A stretch of DNA of 64,000 bases from an uncultured delta proteobacterium. GTDB lineage: Bacteria; Desulfobacterota; Desulfobacteria; Desulfobacterales; B30-G6. The notes below the pieces were generated by a model. The model saw only the letters and a list, made by a program, of their open reading frames with translations. It ran no database searches and was not told the DNA's origin. This document shows positions 19,708 to 29,140 of this stretch, one piece after another (the first letter of the stretch is position 1; every line of letters begins with the position of its first letter). The position numbers were made by a program, and so were the translations under genes. Location of the stretch: positions 345,409 to 409,408 of the forward strand of contig CAWGLD010000007.1 in NCBI GenBank assembly GCA_963823335.1, written 5' to 3'.

Positions 19708-21303
19708 TCAATCGTCTTCCCAGTCATATGCCCTGCCGTCCTCATGGCACGCAATATTTCCGACACTTCTGACCCCACAGCTTCGAGCACCGGAGGCGTA
19801 ATCTAAATTGTCCTGAATCGTCTGACTGGGGGCTTGCTCGAACCTGGCCGTATCCAGGCCCACAAAATGTCCGACAGCCAGTTTTTGCGTAGCATGACAG
19901 ATCGTGCAGAAGATGTCTTTCTCCTCCACGTGCTTTCTGTGCTCGCCGGAATTGAAACTGTTATACTGGTCGTTTCCACGCTCGTGGCATTCCAGACAAT
20001 CCGTATCCACATTGATGGTACCGTCGACCCAACTCCGGGTGGATTGGCCGCCATGGCAACGCACCCCGCTACAGGATGCATTGCCGGAATTATAACTGAA
20101 CCCACCCGTTTCCGCACGGTAGTTAGCCGATAGTGCTACATTGGCCGGTGAATCATCATCAAAATGAACCTCTGTGTCGGTACCGGAACCATTGTGACAG
20201 GCGCTGCACTGCCCGGTGACCCGGTTGAGAGCGTTGTGAAGCACATGGGCTCCCGATCGATTGGGTCGCTGATCTCCAACCGGAAGCAGGGCGTCGGGTG
20301 GATCGTTGTGACAGGTAACACAGTTTTGATCCACCAGGGGGTCTCCGGTCAGATGACAGCCGCCGCAGGCCGTTCCGACACCCCCTTCCGCAGCTCCCAA
20401 CAGGTTTGCGCCATGACACAGCGTACAGGCAGTCTCAAAATTATCGGCTGCCTTGTGACTGTTGCCAACAGCTCCCATCCAGGGCAGGGGATGGGCGGTT
20501 CGTTTCGAATGACAGTCTTCACACCCTTCTGCCAGCTCTCCGACAAGAAGGTCGAAGCGGGGGTTGCTGCCCGGACCGCCGTCAAAGGGGCGGGCATGAC
20601 ATCTCTGGCAATAGGTCAGGTCGGCTCTGGCCTCCGGCCCATGAAGATCCGGGTCTGTAAAAGGAATGTCGTGCGGCTTGGCAGGACCATCAGCGTGGCA
20701 CCCGGATAGAATATTATCGGTGTTCCTGAACGTGTCGCTAAAGCAACTGGGCGCCTCTGAATTGGGTGCTGGACGGTTCTTTGTAAAATCGTGACAGATG
20801 CTGCAGGTAATGCTCTGTCTGCCGGCATTGCGGTGACTCGACAAGTAGTCCGGGGTCACGTCCGTGCTGCCCTGCCATCGTACAGGATGGGCGCCTGCCT
20901 CCGGGTGGCATCCAATTGCCGAACATCCCGTCGTAGCAAAGCCACCGTCGAATCGTATGGTCCCTGGTTCACCATGGCATTCCTGGCAATAATAAAGATC
21001 TGCCTTGGCGGCAGGCCCGTGGTCAACGGCGTCTGTAAACGGTAGGGCATGCATGCTGAAAGGAGGTCCGGCCGGATGACATTCCAGACAACTGGGGGAC
21101 TTCCCGGCACCTTTAAAATCAATACCGTGACACACTTGGCATCCGGACAAATCATCGTTGGCCACTTCTCCGTGCTCCTCAATGTACTTGGCCGGATGTG
21201 ACGCACGGGGTCCCGGCGCTTCCGGGTTGCTTGTGGAACAGGCCAGCAGACCGCTGAAGATCAGCGTCAATACGATCAGAAGGGATGTTTGTCTGATGGC
21301 CAT
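19708..21303 (-). CDS. Multiheme c-type cytochrome lipoprotein (CxxxxCH/CxxCH type)
   Basis: Lipobox LLAC; 12 CxxCH, 2 CxxxxCH and 2 longer C-Xn-CH motifs. Confidence 0.9.
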   Translation of the reverse strand: MAIRQTSLLIVLTLIFSGLLACSTSNPEAPGPRASHPAKYIEEHGEVANDDLSGCQVCHGIDFKGAGKSPSCLECHPAGPPFSMHALPFTDAVDHGPAAKADLYYCQECHGEPGTIRFDGGFATTGCSAIGCHPEAGAHPVRWQGSTDVTPDYLSSHRNAGRQSITCSICHDFTKNRPAPNSEAPSCFSDTFRNTDNILSGCHADGPAKPHDIPFTDPDLHGPEARADLTYCQRCHARPFDGGPGSNPRFDLLVGELAEGCEDCHSKRTAHPLPWMGAVGNSHKAADNFETACTLCHGANLLGAAEGGVGTACGGCHLTGDPLVDQNCVTCHNDPPDALLPVGDQRPNRSGAHVLHNALNRVTGQCSACHNGSGTDTEVHFDDDSPANVALSANYRAETGGFSYNSGNASCSGVRCHGGQSTRSWVDGTINVDTDCLECHERGNDQYNSFNSGEHRKHVEEKDIFCTICHATQKLAVGHFVGLDTARFEQAPSQTIQDNLDYASGARSCGVRSVGNIACHEDGRAYDWEDD

Positions 21304-21465
21304 TTTTTTGGAATTCCTTGTAAAATTGGATGCGTGATATTTATTTACACGTTGTTCCTGCTGATTGTCAAGAAAGTCGCACCGGACTTAGCGAAAGATC
21401 CACTAGATGGTTTGAATATTTTAACTGTCAATGATAACAAGAATAGAATTATAGGAACGATTTAT

Positions 21466-22944
21466 ATGAAAAAATCAAAAGCCGTCATCGCGACCCCTTC
21501 CTTTTCCGACTTCTACACCACCACCCATCGCCTGTCGGCTCTGGGCGAAAAAATCGTTGAAAAAATTCTGCGCCGCCGGGCATGGGACACCCGCTTGCTG
21601 CATTTTCCCAGGACGGGAAAACAGACCCTGCCACTACCAGCGGCCCTCTCCCATCTGAAAACCTGTCTGGTTCCAGGTGAGTTCGGTCCCACCGCATTCT
21701 TTTCCAAATATCAGCGTTTTGGGCCCTCTGCCGAAGACAGTGCCGCCGTCATTCTGACGGAAAATCCCGATGCTGTTTTCCTATCCTGTTTTGCCTTCGC
21801 CTACGCCGACGACACCCTGTCTCTTGCCAGACATCTCAAGGCGCAACGCCCATCCGTGCCCGTCTATGTGGGGGGGGCCGGGGTCAGCGTACTCCCGGGA
21901 TATTTTCAAGCCGAAAAAAGTATCGATGCGGTTATTGCCGGTGAAGCAGAATGGGCCCTGGCAAATTTTCTGGGAGAAGATACAGCCCCGGATGACAGTA
22001 TCGATCCTCACCTCGATAGCCCGGTCCGTATCGACGTCGCCATTGCAAGCACACAGTCTGCCAAAACCGGACAGTGGCTGACAACGGCCCTCAGTCGGGG
22101 ATGCCCCCGAAAGTGTCGTTTCTGCGCCAATCACCTGACCCATGGCAGGGTCTTTCGAACCGTCCCCATCGAGGCGTTTTTAGCGGCCCTCCAGACCTTT
22201 TCCAGGGACGTTCCCCTGCACATCAACTTTGAAGACGACAATCTTCTCTTGGGCAAGGACTATTTCTTTGCCCTGCTGGAAGCCATCCGAAACCGATTCC
22301 CCCGGGTGGATTTCAGCGCAGAAAACGGCATGGACTACCTATTGCTCGACGTCAGCACACTGGACAGGCTCATTGCCCTAGGTTTCAGACAGTTCAATCT
22401 TTCCATGGCATCCCTGTCCCCATCCATTCTGAAGGAATCGCACCGTCAGGGAAACCCGGAACACCTGCAGGAGATTCTTTCTTACCTGAGGCACAAAAAT
22501 ATCCCGTCCATCACCTATTTCATTTGCGGTCTGAAACAGGACACACCCGATTCCGTACTTGAAAACCTACGCTTTCTATCCAGACAACCGACGCTTATCG
22601 GCATATCGCTGTTTTATCCGGTACCGGGTCTGCCGGGATTCAGGGACACCCGACCCTTTTTCGAATCCGACTCCCATCTCTGCACCGGAAGCGCTGCGTT
22701 TCCATGGTCAGGATCCCTCACCACGGCCCAGATGATCACCGCCTTCCGTTTGGCCCGTTTTGTCAATTTCATCCAAAAAAAAGAATACCAGTCACACGAG
22801 GGCGATCTGTTGACACGTATTAAAAATGAAAGAAAACTCTATACCTTCCAGCGCAAGGGAAGGCAAAAATGGATGCTGCGACCGCCGGGTCTGGATAAAG
22901 ACATGGAAAAGGCGTTTTTTGAAAATATATATTTTCAGTTTTAG
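21466..22944 (+). CDS. B12-binding-domain radical SAM protein
   Basis: SRGCPRKCRFC, FEDDN, and N-terminal VYVGGAG...GEAE typical of cobalamin-binding radical SAMs. Start moved to ATG 21466. Confidence 0.85.
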   Translation: MKKSKAVIATPSFSDFYTTTHRLSALGEKIVEKILRRRAWDTRLLHFPRTGKQTLPLPAALSHLKTCLVPGEFGPTAFFSKYQRFGPSAEDSAAVILTENPDAVFLSCFAFAYADDTLSLARHLKAQRPSVPVYVGGAGVSVLPGYFQAEKSIDAVIAGEAEWALANFLGEDTAPDDSIDPHLDSPVRIDVAIASTQSAKTGQWLTTALSRGCPRKCRFCANHLTHGRVFRTVPIEAFLAALQTFSRDVPLHINFEDDNLLLGKDYFFALLEAIRNRFPRVDFSAENGMDYLLLDVSTLDRLIALGFRQFNLSMASLSPSILKESHRQGNPEHLQEILSYLRHKNIPSITYFICGLKQDTPDSVLENLRFLSRQPTLIGISLFYPVPGLPGFRDTRPFFESDSHLCTGSAAFPWSGSLTTAQMITAFRLARFVNFIQKKEYQSHEGDLLTRIKNERKLYTFQRKGRQKWMLRPPGLDKDMEKAFFENIYFQF

Positions 22945-23197
22945 GTGTTACGTTTTAGGTTTTAGGTTCAGGTTGGACTTGCTCGCTGGGATTCTGGAAG
23001 CGGGAGGCTGCATATAACATGGCGTTCTATACTAAGGACGACCCCTCAAACCCTCCAAACCTCCAACCCTAAAACCCTGCTCTTCCATCCCTCGGACCCT
23101 TGAATCCTTGATCCCTTGAATCCTCTGCCCAACCAGTCGGAAGAAGATCTACCAATAAAGATTTTGACAGATCTGACACACTCGGCAGGATGCAACA

Positions 23198-24673
23198 TCA
23201 CGCCTCCATATGCTCATTCTTCAACGTTTCCAATGCCCTTTCTCGTATCTGATCCAGGGATTGCTGAACATCGGCAGGCAATTTCAGCGGCCGGTGGTTT
23301 TCGAGAATGTCCATGGCCTTACTGACCGCTTTTTGGCCCCATGTTTTTTGCCCCTGGGCCATCCAGGGTTCAAGGGTTTCACGGTTGCAGAGCTGGGGTT
23401 GCCAATGTTCCTGTTTAAAATATTTCATGGTCTGTTCGGTTGAAATAAAGGCGCCCTGGGGACCCACCTGGCGGATCACATCCATGCCGATATGCTCCGG
23501 GTCGATGTCAAAACCGCGAATAACACGCCTCACGTAGCTGATGATCTCCGCATTCATTACAAGTGCCGCCGGAGACCCCACCAGGCCCTGTCCCAGATAT
23601 CCAATGTCATGAATCAGATTGGCACCGTCCAGTCCGGCCATGAGTAAAGAGATAGACCATTCCATGCCGGCCTGCTCATCAGGCACGTGTGCGTCGCTGA
23701 CCCCGGCTGTTCCCCACATGGGAATGCCGTAATAATGATACAGATCCGCGCAGGCCGACAGAGCCAGCCTGTATTCCGGACAACCATATACACATGCAGA
23801 TGTCTTCATATCCAGGGTGGACATACCGAACCCGGAAATGATCGGCGCACCTTTGGCCCTTAACTGATGAAGGACGATGCCACTCAAGGCTTCGGCATTT
23901 CCAACGGTAATGGCACCGGCCAGGGTCACCGGTGCGCTGGCCCCGGACATCATACCGGGTGTATAGTTTACCGGGACCGCATTGTCGGCACAAAAAAAGA
24001 GTTTTTTGATGGCCCCCGATGAGTGCATCAACGGCGTCAGTGGCTCAGCATAATGGATATGAATCGGCTTTTCCCTCAAGACATCTTTTCCGCCAACGAC
24101 AGCCGCAGCCATCTCATTGATGATGGCGATGTCTTTGGTTCCGGCCGCAGTAAAAAAAATGGGCTTTATGGCGTTTTCCAACTGGGTCTTGAAGGAATCG
24201 ATGTACATCAGGTTGGTGGGTGAGTCATATGGCAGGGCATAGGATCCCAAAAAATCGATCTCTTCGAGGGAATCGGCTATCCTGGCGGCATTTGCCACAT
24301 CCGCCAGTCTCGACTCTCTCAACACGCCGGACACCAGGTCATAGGTTTTGATCAAATCCGTCCCCATACCGAAATAGGATTTATTGCCTTCCAGGAGCAT
24401 GGCCTCCTGACCTAAGCGGTTATAGATGGTGATCCGTGAAGGCGCACTGCGGATGCAGTCTTCAACCAGCCAGTTGGGAATCTGGACGATGTTGTCTGGT
24501 TTTATCCGGCAACCGGCATGGGCCATCATATCCAGGGCCTCCGGATGCATCACCTTGACACCCACCGTTTCCAGGAGTTCCAGGGTGGCACAATGAATAT
24601 GTTCGATCTGATCCCGGGTCAGCACCCGATAGACCGGCAGACATTGTGATTTAAAGCCTGTGTTCATTACCAT
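23198..24673 (-). CDS. MttB-superfamily corrinoid methyltransferase, pyrrolysine-free (copy 1)
   Basis: IHCATLELLETVGV, GASAPVTLAG, GNAEALSG, DEQAGME, IRQVGPQG-F. No in-frame stop. Confidence 0.92.
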   Translation of the reverse strand: MVMNTGFKSQCLPVYRVLTRDQIEHIHCATLELLETVGVKVMHPEALDMMAHAGCRIKPDNIVQIPNWLVEDCIRSAPSRITIYNRLGQEAMLLEGNKSYFGMGTDLIKTYDLVSGVLRESRLADVANAARIADSLEEIDFLGSYALPYDSPTNLMYIDSFKTQLENAIKPIFFTAAGTKDIAIINEMAAAVVGGKDVLREKPIHIHYAEPLTPLMHSSGAIKKLFFCADNAVPVNYTPGMMSGASAPVTLAGAITVGNAEALSGIVLHQLRAKGAPIISGFGMSTLDMKTSACVYGCPEYRLALSACADLYHYYGIPMWGTAGVSDAHVPDEQAGMEWSISLLMAGLDGANLIHDIGYLGQGLVGSPAALVMNAEIISYVRRVIRGFDIDPEHIGMDVIRQVGPQGAFISTEQTMKYFKQEHWQPQLCNRETLEPWMAQGQKTWGQKAVSKAMDILENHRPLKLPADVQQSLDQIRERALETLKNEHMEA

Positions 24674-24748
24674 CTGTTTCTCCTCCCAACATCCGTTTCA
24701 CCCTCGACAGAGCGAAATGGGTGATCCTATGGCGATTTGCCATGTTGT

Positions 24749-26899
24749 TTATGCAAATTTAGGGTTCATCCGTTTGCATGCCCCGCACACATGTATTGTT
24801 TCCGGCGCAACCCCATATGGTTTGACCTGTTTTTCCATATACGAAATGTATCTGCCTGCTCCCAGTTCTTTGCCGCATCCATGACAGTATACCAGGATAT
24901 CCCTGCAGAGGGTGATACCGCAAAGCCTGAGAACACACTGACCGTTTTCATGGGTCATGGTCATGGCGCCGGTGGGGCAGCTGTTGACACAAGCACCGCA
25001 CAGGATGCACCTTCCGGCGGTTAACTCGAAATCGGTCGGCCCCGGAGCCTGGTGATCAAAATAACCGAGACCCAGTGCTTGAAAACCCAATTTTTCATGA
25101 CATGCGTCCACGCATCTGCCGCACTGAATGCACACATCGCACCTGAGGCACCGTAAAGCCTCTGTCCTGGCTGCCTGCGGTGCAAGCGTCAATTCCACCT
25201 GTTCGAAAGTCTTTTTCCTTTTCTCTATATCAAGCAGGGGCAACGATGGTCTGGTTAGCGTTGTTTTCTGAGATGCCGTTGTTTCAAGAAAAGCTGTCTG
25301 TGTCCTGCGGGCCGAAAGATATCGTGTTTTCAGCAAAGGCTGTCCCTGGAAGTATCGATGGACGTTCTCCGCCGCTAGTTTTCCAGCCGCAATGGCCTCG
25401 ATAATGGTGGCCGGACCTGTAACCAAATCGCCGCCTGCAAAAACACCTTTTGCTCCTGTCTGCCCCGTCAAAGGATCCGCGACGATGGTGTTGTGTTCCG
25501 TCCACGTCAGACCATTAAAGGCCGAAAGCCCTTCCCGGTCAGACCACTGCCCTATGGCATGAAGAACAGCATCGGTCTTGAGCTCATGCATGCTCCCCTG
25601 GATGGGGATGGGTCTTTTTCTGCCGTTTTCATCGGCCTCCCCGAGCCTGGCGTCCACACAACAAATACCGGACACCTTGCTCTGGGACCCCGATATCTCC
25701 ACAGGAATCTTCAAAAAGGACACCCGGACACCCTCCTGCTCCGCCTGGATGACATCCTCCTTCAGGGCCGGCATTTCACTCCGGGTCCGTCGGTACAGAA
25801 CCGTAACATCGCTGCTACCCAAACGCAGTGCCGTTCGGGCGGCATCCAGCGCGACATTACCTCCCCCCACAACTGCCACACGAGAACCAATGGAAGGTGC
25901 ATGCCCCAGACCGGCCTGATGTAAATACGTAATGGCATCCATGACCGGTGAAAAATCATTTTCACCTTTTATACCCATTCGCAGCCCTTTGTGGGCTCCC
26001 GTTGCAACATAGAAGGATTCAAACCCTTCCTGTCGCAACGCTTCAACCGTTATGTCCTTTCCCATACGCGTGTTGAAACGAAAGACAACACCCAGTTCTT
26101 GAATCAAAGAAATCTCTCTTTCGAGAACGGACAGGGGCAGCCGGTATCTTGGGATGCCAACACGCATCATCCCGCCGGCCCACGGCAGAGATTCGATGAC
26201 GGTTACACCATAGCCCTTGAGGGATAAATAGTAGGCCGCGCTGAGTCCGGATGGTCCGGCACCCACAATACAGACTTTGTGACCGTTGTCCTGTGCCCTG
26301 GCAGGGTTTTTAAAGCCATCACCCTCAAGGACAATTTTGGATGAAAAGGCTTTGAGGGCCTTGATGGCAACAGGTGTGTCGATGTTTTTCCTCAGGCAGG
26401 CTGTTTCACACGGATGTGTACAGGTCAGGCCGCACACCCATGGGAAAGGGTTGGCTTCCCGAATCAGCGCTATTGCTTCATGATCTCTACCCTGCCCGAT
26501 CAAGGTCACGTAGCTTGCCACATCGATACCGGCTGGGCAGGCACATTGACACGCTGCCGGTGACAAAATTTCGCAATCACCCGTCAGACAGACATGATCC
26601 CTCATATGGGTCTCAAAACAGACACCTTCTGAAAACAGTACCGCTGCAATGGTTTTGCCCAAGAATGCGACCATTTCATTTTGTGAGGATTCAAGATATT
26701 TCCCCAGAGATTCGACCCTGGACAGGTCTTGGGGAAGTGCTTTTCCAAGAGAGATTTTTTCCAGGCTGGCACACAGCGATAAAAGCGCTTTTATTAAATG
26801 AGGGGCGAGTTGTTTCTGTGATAAACAGGTGCAATCCGAGAGTAGTCGGAACACCGGGCATGAAGGACGTTTTCCTTTCTCAACACTTGTAACTTTCAT
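24749..26899 (-). CDS. FAD/NAD(P)-dependent Fe-S oxidoreductase (GltD/SudA/NfnB-like) with extra C-terminal ferredoxin
   Basis: CQCACP, CGLTCTHPCE, VGAGPSG, VGGGNVA, FAGGD, CIQCGRC, CILCGACVNSCP. Confidence 0.9.
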   Translation of the reverse strand: MKVTSVEKGKRPSCPVFRLLSDCTCLSQKQLAPHLIKALLSLCASLEKISLGKALPQDLSRVESLGKYLESSQNEMVAFLGKTIAAVLFSEGVCFETHMRDHVCLTGDCEILSPAACQCACPAGIDVASYVTLIGQGRDHEAIALIREANPFPWVCGLTCTHPCETACLRKNIDTPVAIKALKAFSSKIVLEGDGFKNPARAQDNGHKVCIVGAGPSGLSAAYYLSLKGYGVTVIESLPWAGGMMRVGIPRYRLPLSVLEREISLIQELGVVFRFNTRMGKDITVEALRQEGFESFYVATGAHKGLRMGIKGENDFSPVMDAITYLHQAGLGHAPSIGSRVAVVGGGNVALDAARTALRLGSSDVTVLYRRTRSEMPALKEDVIQAEQEGVRVSFLKIPVEISGSQSKVSGICCVDARLGEADENGRKRPIPIQGSMHELKTDAVLHAIGQWSDREGLSAFNGLTWTEHNTIVADPLTGQTGAKGVFAGGDLVTGPATIIEAIAAGKLAAENVHRYFQGQPLLKTRYLSARRTQTAFLETTASQKTTLTRPSLPLLDIEKRKKTFEQVELTLAPQAARTEALRCLRCDVCIQCGRCVDACHEKLGFQALGLGYFDHQAPGPTDFELTAGRCILCGACVNSCPTGAMTMTHENGQCVLRLCGITLCRDILVYCHGCGKELGAGRYISYMEKQVKPYGVAPETIHVCGACKRMNPKFA

Positions 26900-27014
26900 A
26901 CCTGCACCATATATATACGCTCTATTTAAACCAGGGGTCGCGGAGTTTTTCCACCAAACCTTTCGTTGGAGCGGGAGGGGTGATCAGCAGCGAAAGCGGC
27001 ACTGTCTGAATGTA

Positions 27015-28085
27015 TTAGGCTCTATCCAGATTTTCCTCTATATTCTCGAAATCAAAGCCTTCAGGATACTTGGAATAATACTCATGGTACCATTCCCTTG
27101 CCTCATAAGCCTGGATCAGATGTTCCGCCGGAACACCGAATGGGAGATCTCAGCCGGGGGCAAATGTGAACCCCTGGGTACCGCCTGCCGCAAGACTGAT
27201 CAGGGCATCTTCTCTGGGTGACAGAAGTCCCAGGCCGAGGGCAAGGGTCAACTTCAGATTTCCACCAAACCCTTTACCGTATTTTCTTGCGATATCACGG
27301 ACAAAATTCAGGTTCATCTGTTCATCGATGGCAAATCCGTGGGTACCGACCTTGCAGACATCTTCAATGACCTTTGTGCAGTCACCACAGATGAAGAAGC
27401 TGGAAGTCTTGCCGGCATCATGTATGGCTGTTACGGCTTCCTGGCAGTTGGGTGTCACATATTCCTGAAAAGTCTCAGGTCGAATCTGCGACGCTACCGG
27501 ATCCACGATAGCGATGATATCACACCCCATTTGCGTATAAAACCGGGCAGACTCGGCACAGAGTTTACCGGCATAGGCTATAATGGCATGAGCGAAATCC
27601 TTCTTTTTTTTCAATGCCGTAAAAATACGCACACCGGCCAGATGAGAAGCCAGGGTCAGGGGTCCGGTCACCAGGCCGAGCATGGCGCAGTCCATTTCGT
27701 CGAGTTGCGGTTTGACCTTGGCTGCCGCCTGGAAAATGATCGGCCACCTTCCGGATGTTTTTGTAAACACCCCCAGCCCGAGTTCTTCGGGTGTCAACTT
27801 TTCACAGGGATGGGTCTTCACCGAAGGCACATTGTCTTCCCAGTATTCCAGTTCACAACCAATGGATTCCGCTTCCAGGGAGAGATCGAACAAGAGGGGG
27901 ATGCCATCCGCATGATAGGTTTTGGCGGCATGGACAACTCCCCGGGAAAGGATATCCGCATCCTTGAGATACCTGTCTGCTTTTTCATTGATAAGATAGG
28001 CACAGTTGACACCGGCATACGGAACCCAGGGGGCCTTGTCCGTTTCTTTCCCCCGTGTGGCGTCGATGAGCATCTGTTTGGCCAT
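27015..28085 (-). CDS. MtaA/CmuA (URO-D family) methylcobamide methyltransferase-like selenoprotein, 356 aa, UGA at codon 312
   Basis: URO-D family motifs (DLSLEAESIGC, GPLTLA, DPVAS, FICGD, GGNL). The ORF track stops at FTFAPG-TGA, but the frame continues DLPFGVPAEHL...RA-TAA, matching the family APGC(D/E)LP motif. A hairpin follows the UGA. Confidence 0.85.
27114..27149 (-). promoter_or_regulatory. Bacterial SECIS-like hairpin
   Basis: After the UGA: GATCTCCCATTCGG-TGTTCC-GGC-GGAACA-TCTGATC. The G-led loop is ~20 nt downstream; core at 27121-27135. Confidence 0.7.
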
Positions 28086-28135
28086 GAAATGCCTCCTTTA
28101 TGATTTTTTAATTACCTCAGGATTCCCAAAACCTC

Positions 28136-28246
28136 TTTTCTTCAATACTGCTCGGTGATATTCGATGGTAAGGCAAGCGTTGATCCTCTGATTTTTAAGG
28201 TCAAGAAGGTCACTCGAACCCTCGACCCCTTGAATCCTTGAACCCT
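28136..28246 (-). pseudogene. Four-helix-bundle gene relic with octamer repeats
   Basis: 28195-28136 translates KIRGSTLALPSNITEQY*RK (family motif QIRRSAVSIPSNIAEGYGR), next to a CACTCGAACCCTCGACCCCTTGAATCC array. Confidence 0.5.
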
Positions 28247-28996
28247 TTATTTTTCTCGTATAGATCTGAACTGGCAGTGTTTCATCGCGCATTGCAGGCA
28301 TTTACTGCCCACGGGCTTTTGCTGCGCCGAATCACTGTATATGACAAAACCGGATATGGATTTTGCCGGTTGCATGACAAACGCATCATTCAGGTGCACA
28401 CCGGCTGTGTCTTGTCCCAACAGATCGAATATCAGGGTCTGGCTTTCCAGGGCCACGCCATTCAGACCCGGTCCCATCCGACATCCGGAAAAAAGACCCA
28501 TCCGTTGTGCATGCATCTCAATCATGTCATTGCATATCAACCCCATGGCATCCAGCATGGCTGTGCCAACAGCATCCAGCAGCAGGGATTGGTATATGCT
28601 GTTGCGTTTTGCAAGATCCCGGCACATGGTCTCGAGGGCACTGCCCAGGCTGCCGACAAAAACAGCAACATACCGGGCATCACTCTCCCACCTGTCAGGA
28701 AGCATGTCAGCATATGCGCCCCTTGACAAAACGATTCCGTATACTTCTTCAATCATGTCCATCGGAATCGCTCGATAACAAATAACCGCCTGTATCATCC
28801 CGACAGTCTGCCGGATGCCCTGGCATACCTGTTGACGTGTCTCCGGGGTCATGGGATAGTCCGGCCCCCCGAAGTAGCGGGCAACAGCCTCTGGTGACGG
28901 CCTGACATCTTCCGGGTCGACGTCAATTCTCACCGTCGATGAATCACCTGCCCCGAATATATCGGCAGTTATGAGTTTTTTCGGTTTGACAGTCAT
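28247..28996 (-). CDS. Stand-alone MetH activation-domain-like protein
   Basis: LLLDAVG, RMGPG, GVHLNDAFVMQPAKSISG and C-terminal CLQCAMKHCQFR. Confidence 0.8.
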   Translation of the reverse strand: MTVKPKKLITADIFGAGDSSTVRIDVDPEDVRPSPEAVARYFGGPDYPMTPETRQQVCQGIRQTVGMIQAVICYRAIPMDMIEEVYGIVLSRGAYADMLPDRWESDARYVAVFVGSLGSALETMCRDLAKRNSIYQSLLLDAVGTAMLDAMGLICNDMIEMHAQRMGLFSGCRMGPGLNGVALESQTLIFDLLGQDTAGVHLNDAFVMQPAKSISGFVIYSDSAQQKPVGSKCLQCAMKHCQFRSIREK

Positions 28997-29113
28997 TCCA
29001 TAAAAAACCGTTTTACGGTCACCACAGGAGTGTTCAACGACCGAAACACGAAAGATCCGACCATGCTTGAGAAAGGTCGTAATTTGGCTTTAAAAAAGCG
29101 GCGCAGCCGCGTC

Positions 29114-29140
29114 AAATAAAATCGCCCGGCGATTTTATTT
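29114..29140 (-). terminator. Hairpin directly after mtmB-like gene
   Basis: AAATAAAATCGCC-C-GGCGATTTTATTT, perfect inverted repeat with A/T tails. Confidence 0.55.
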
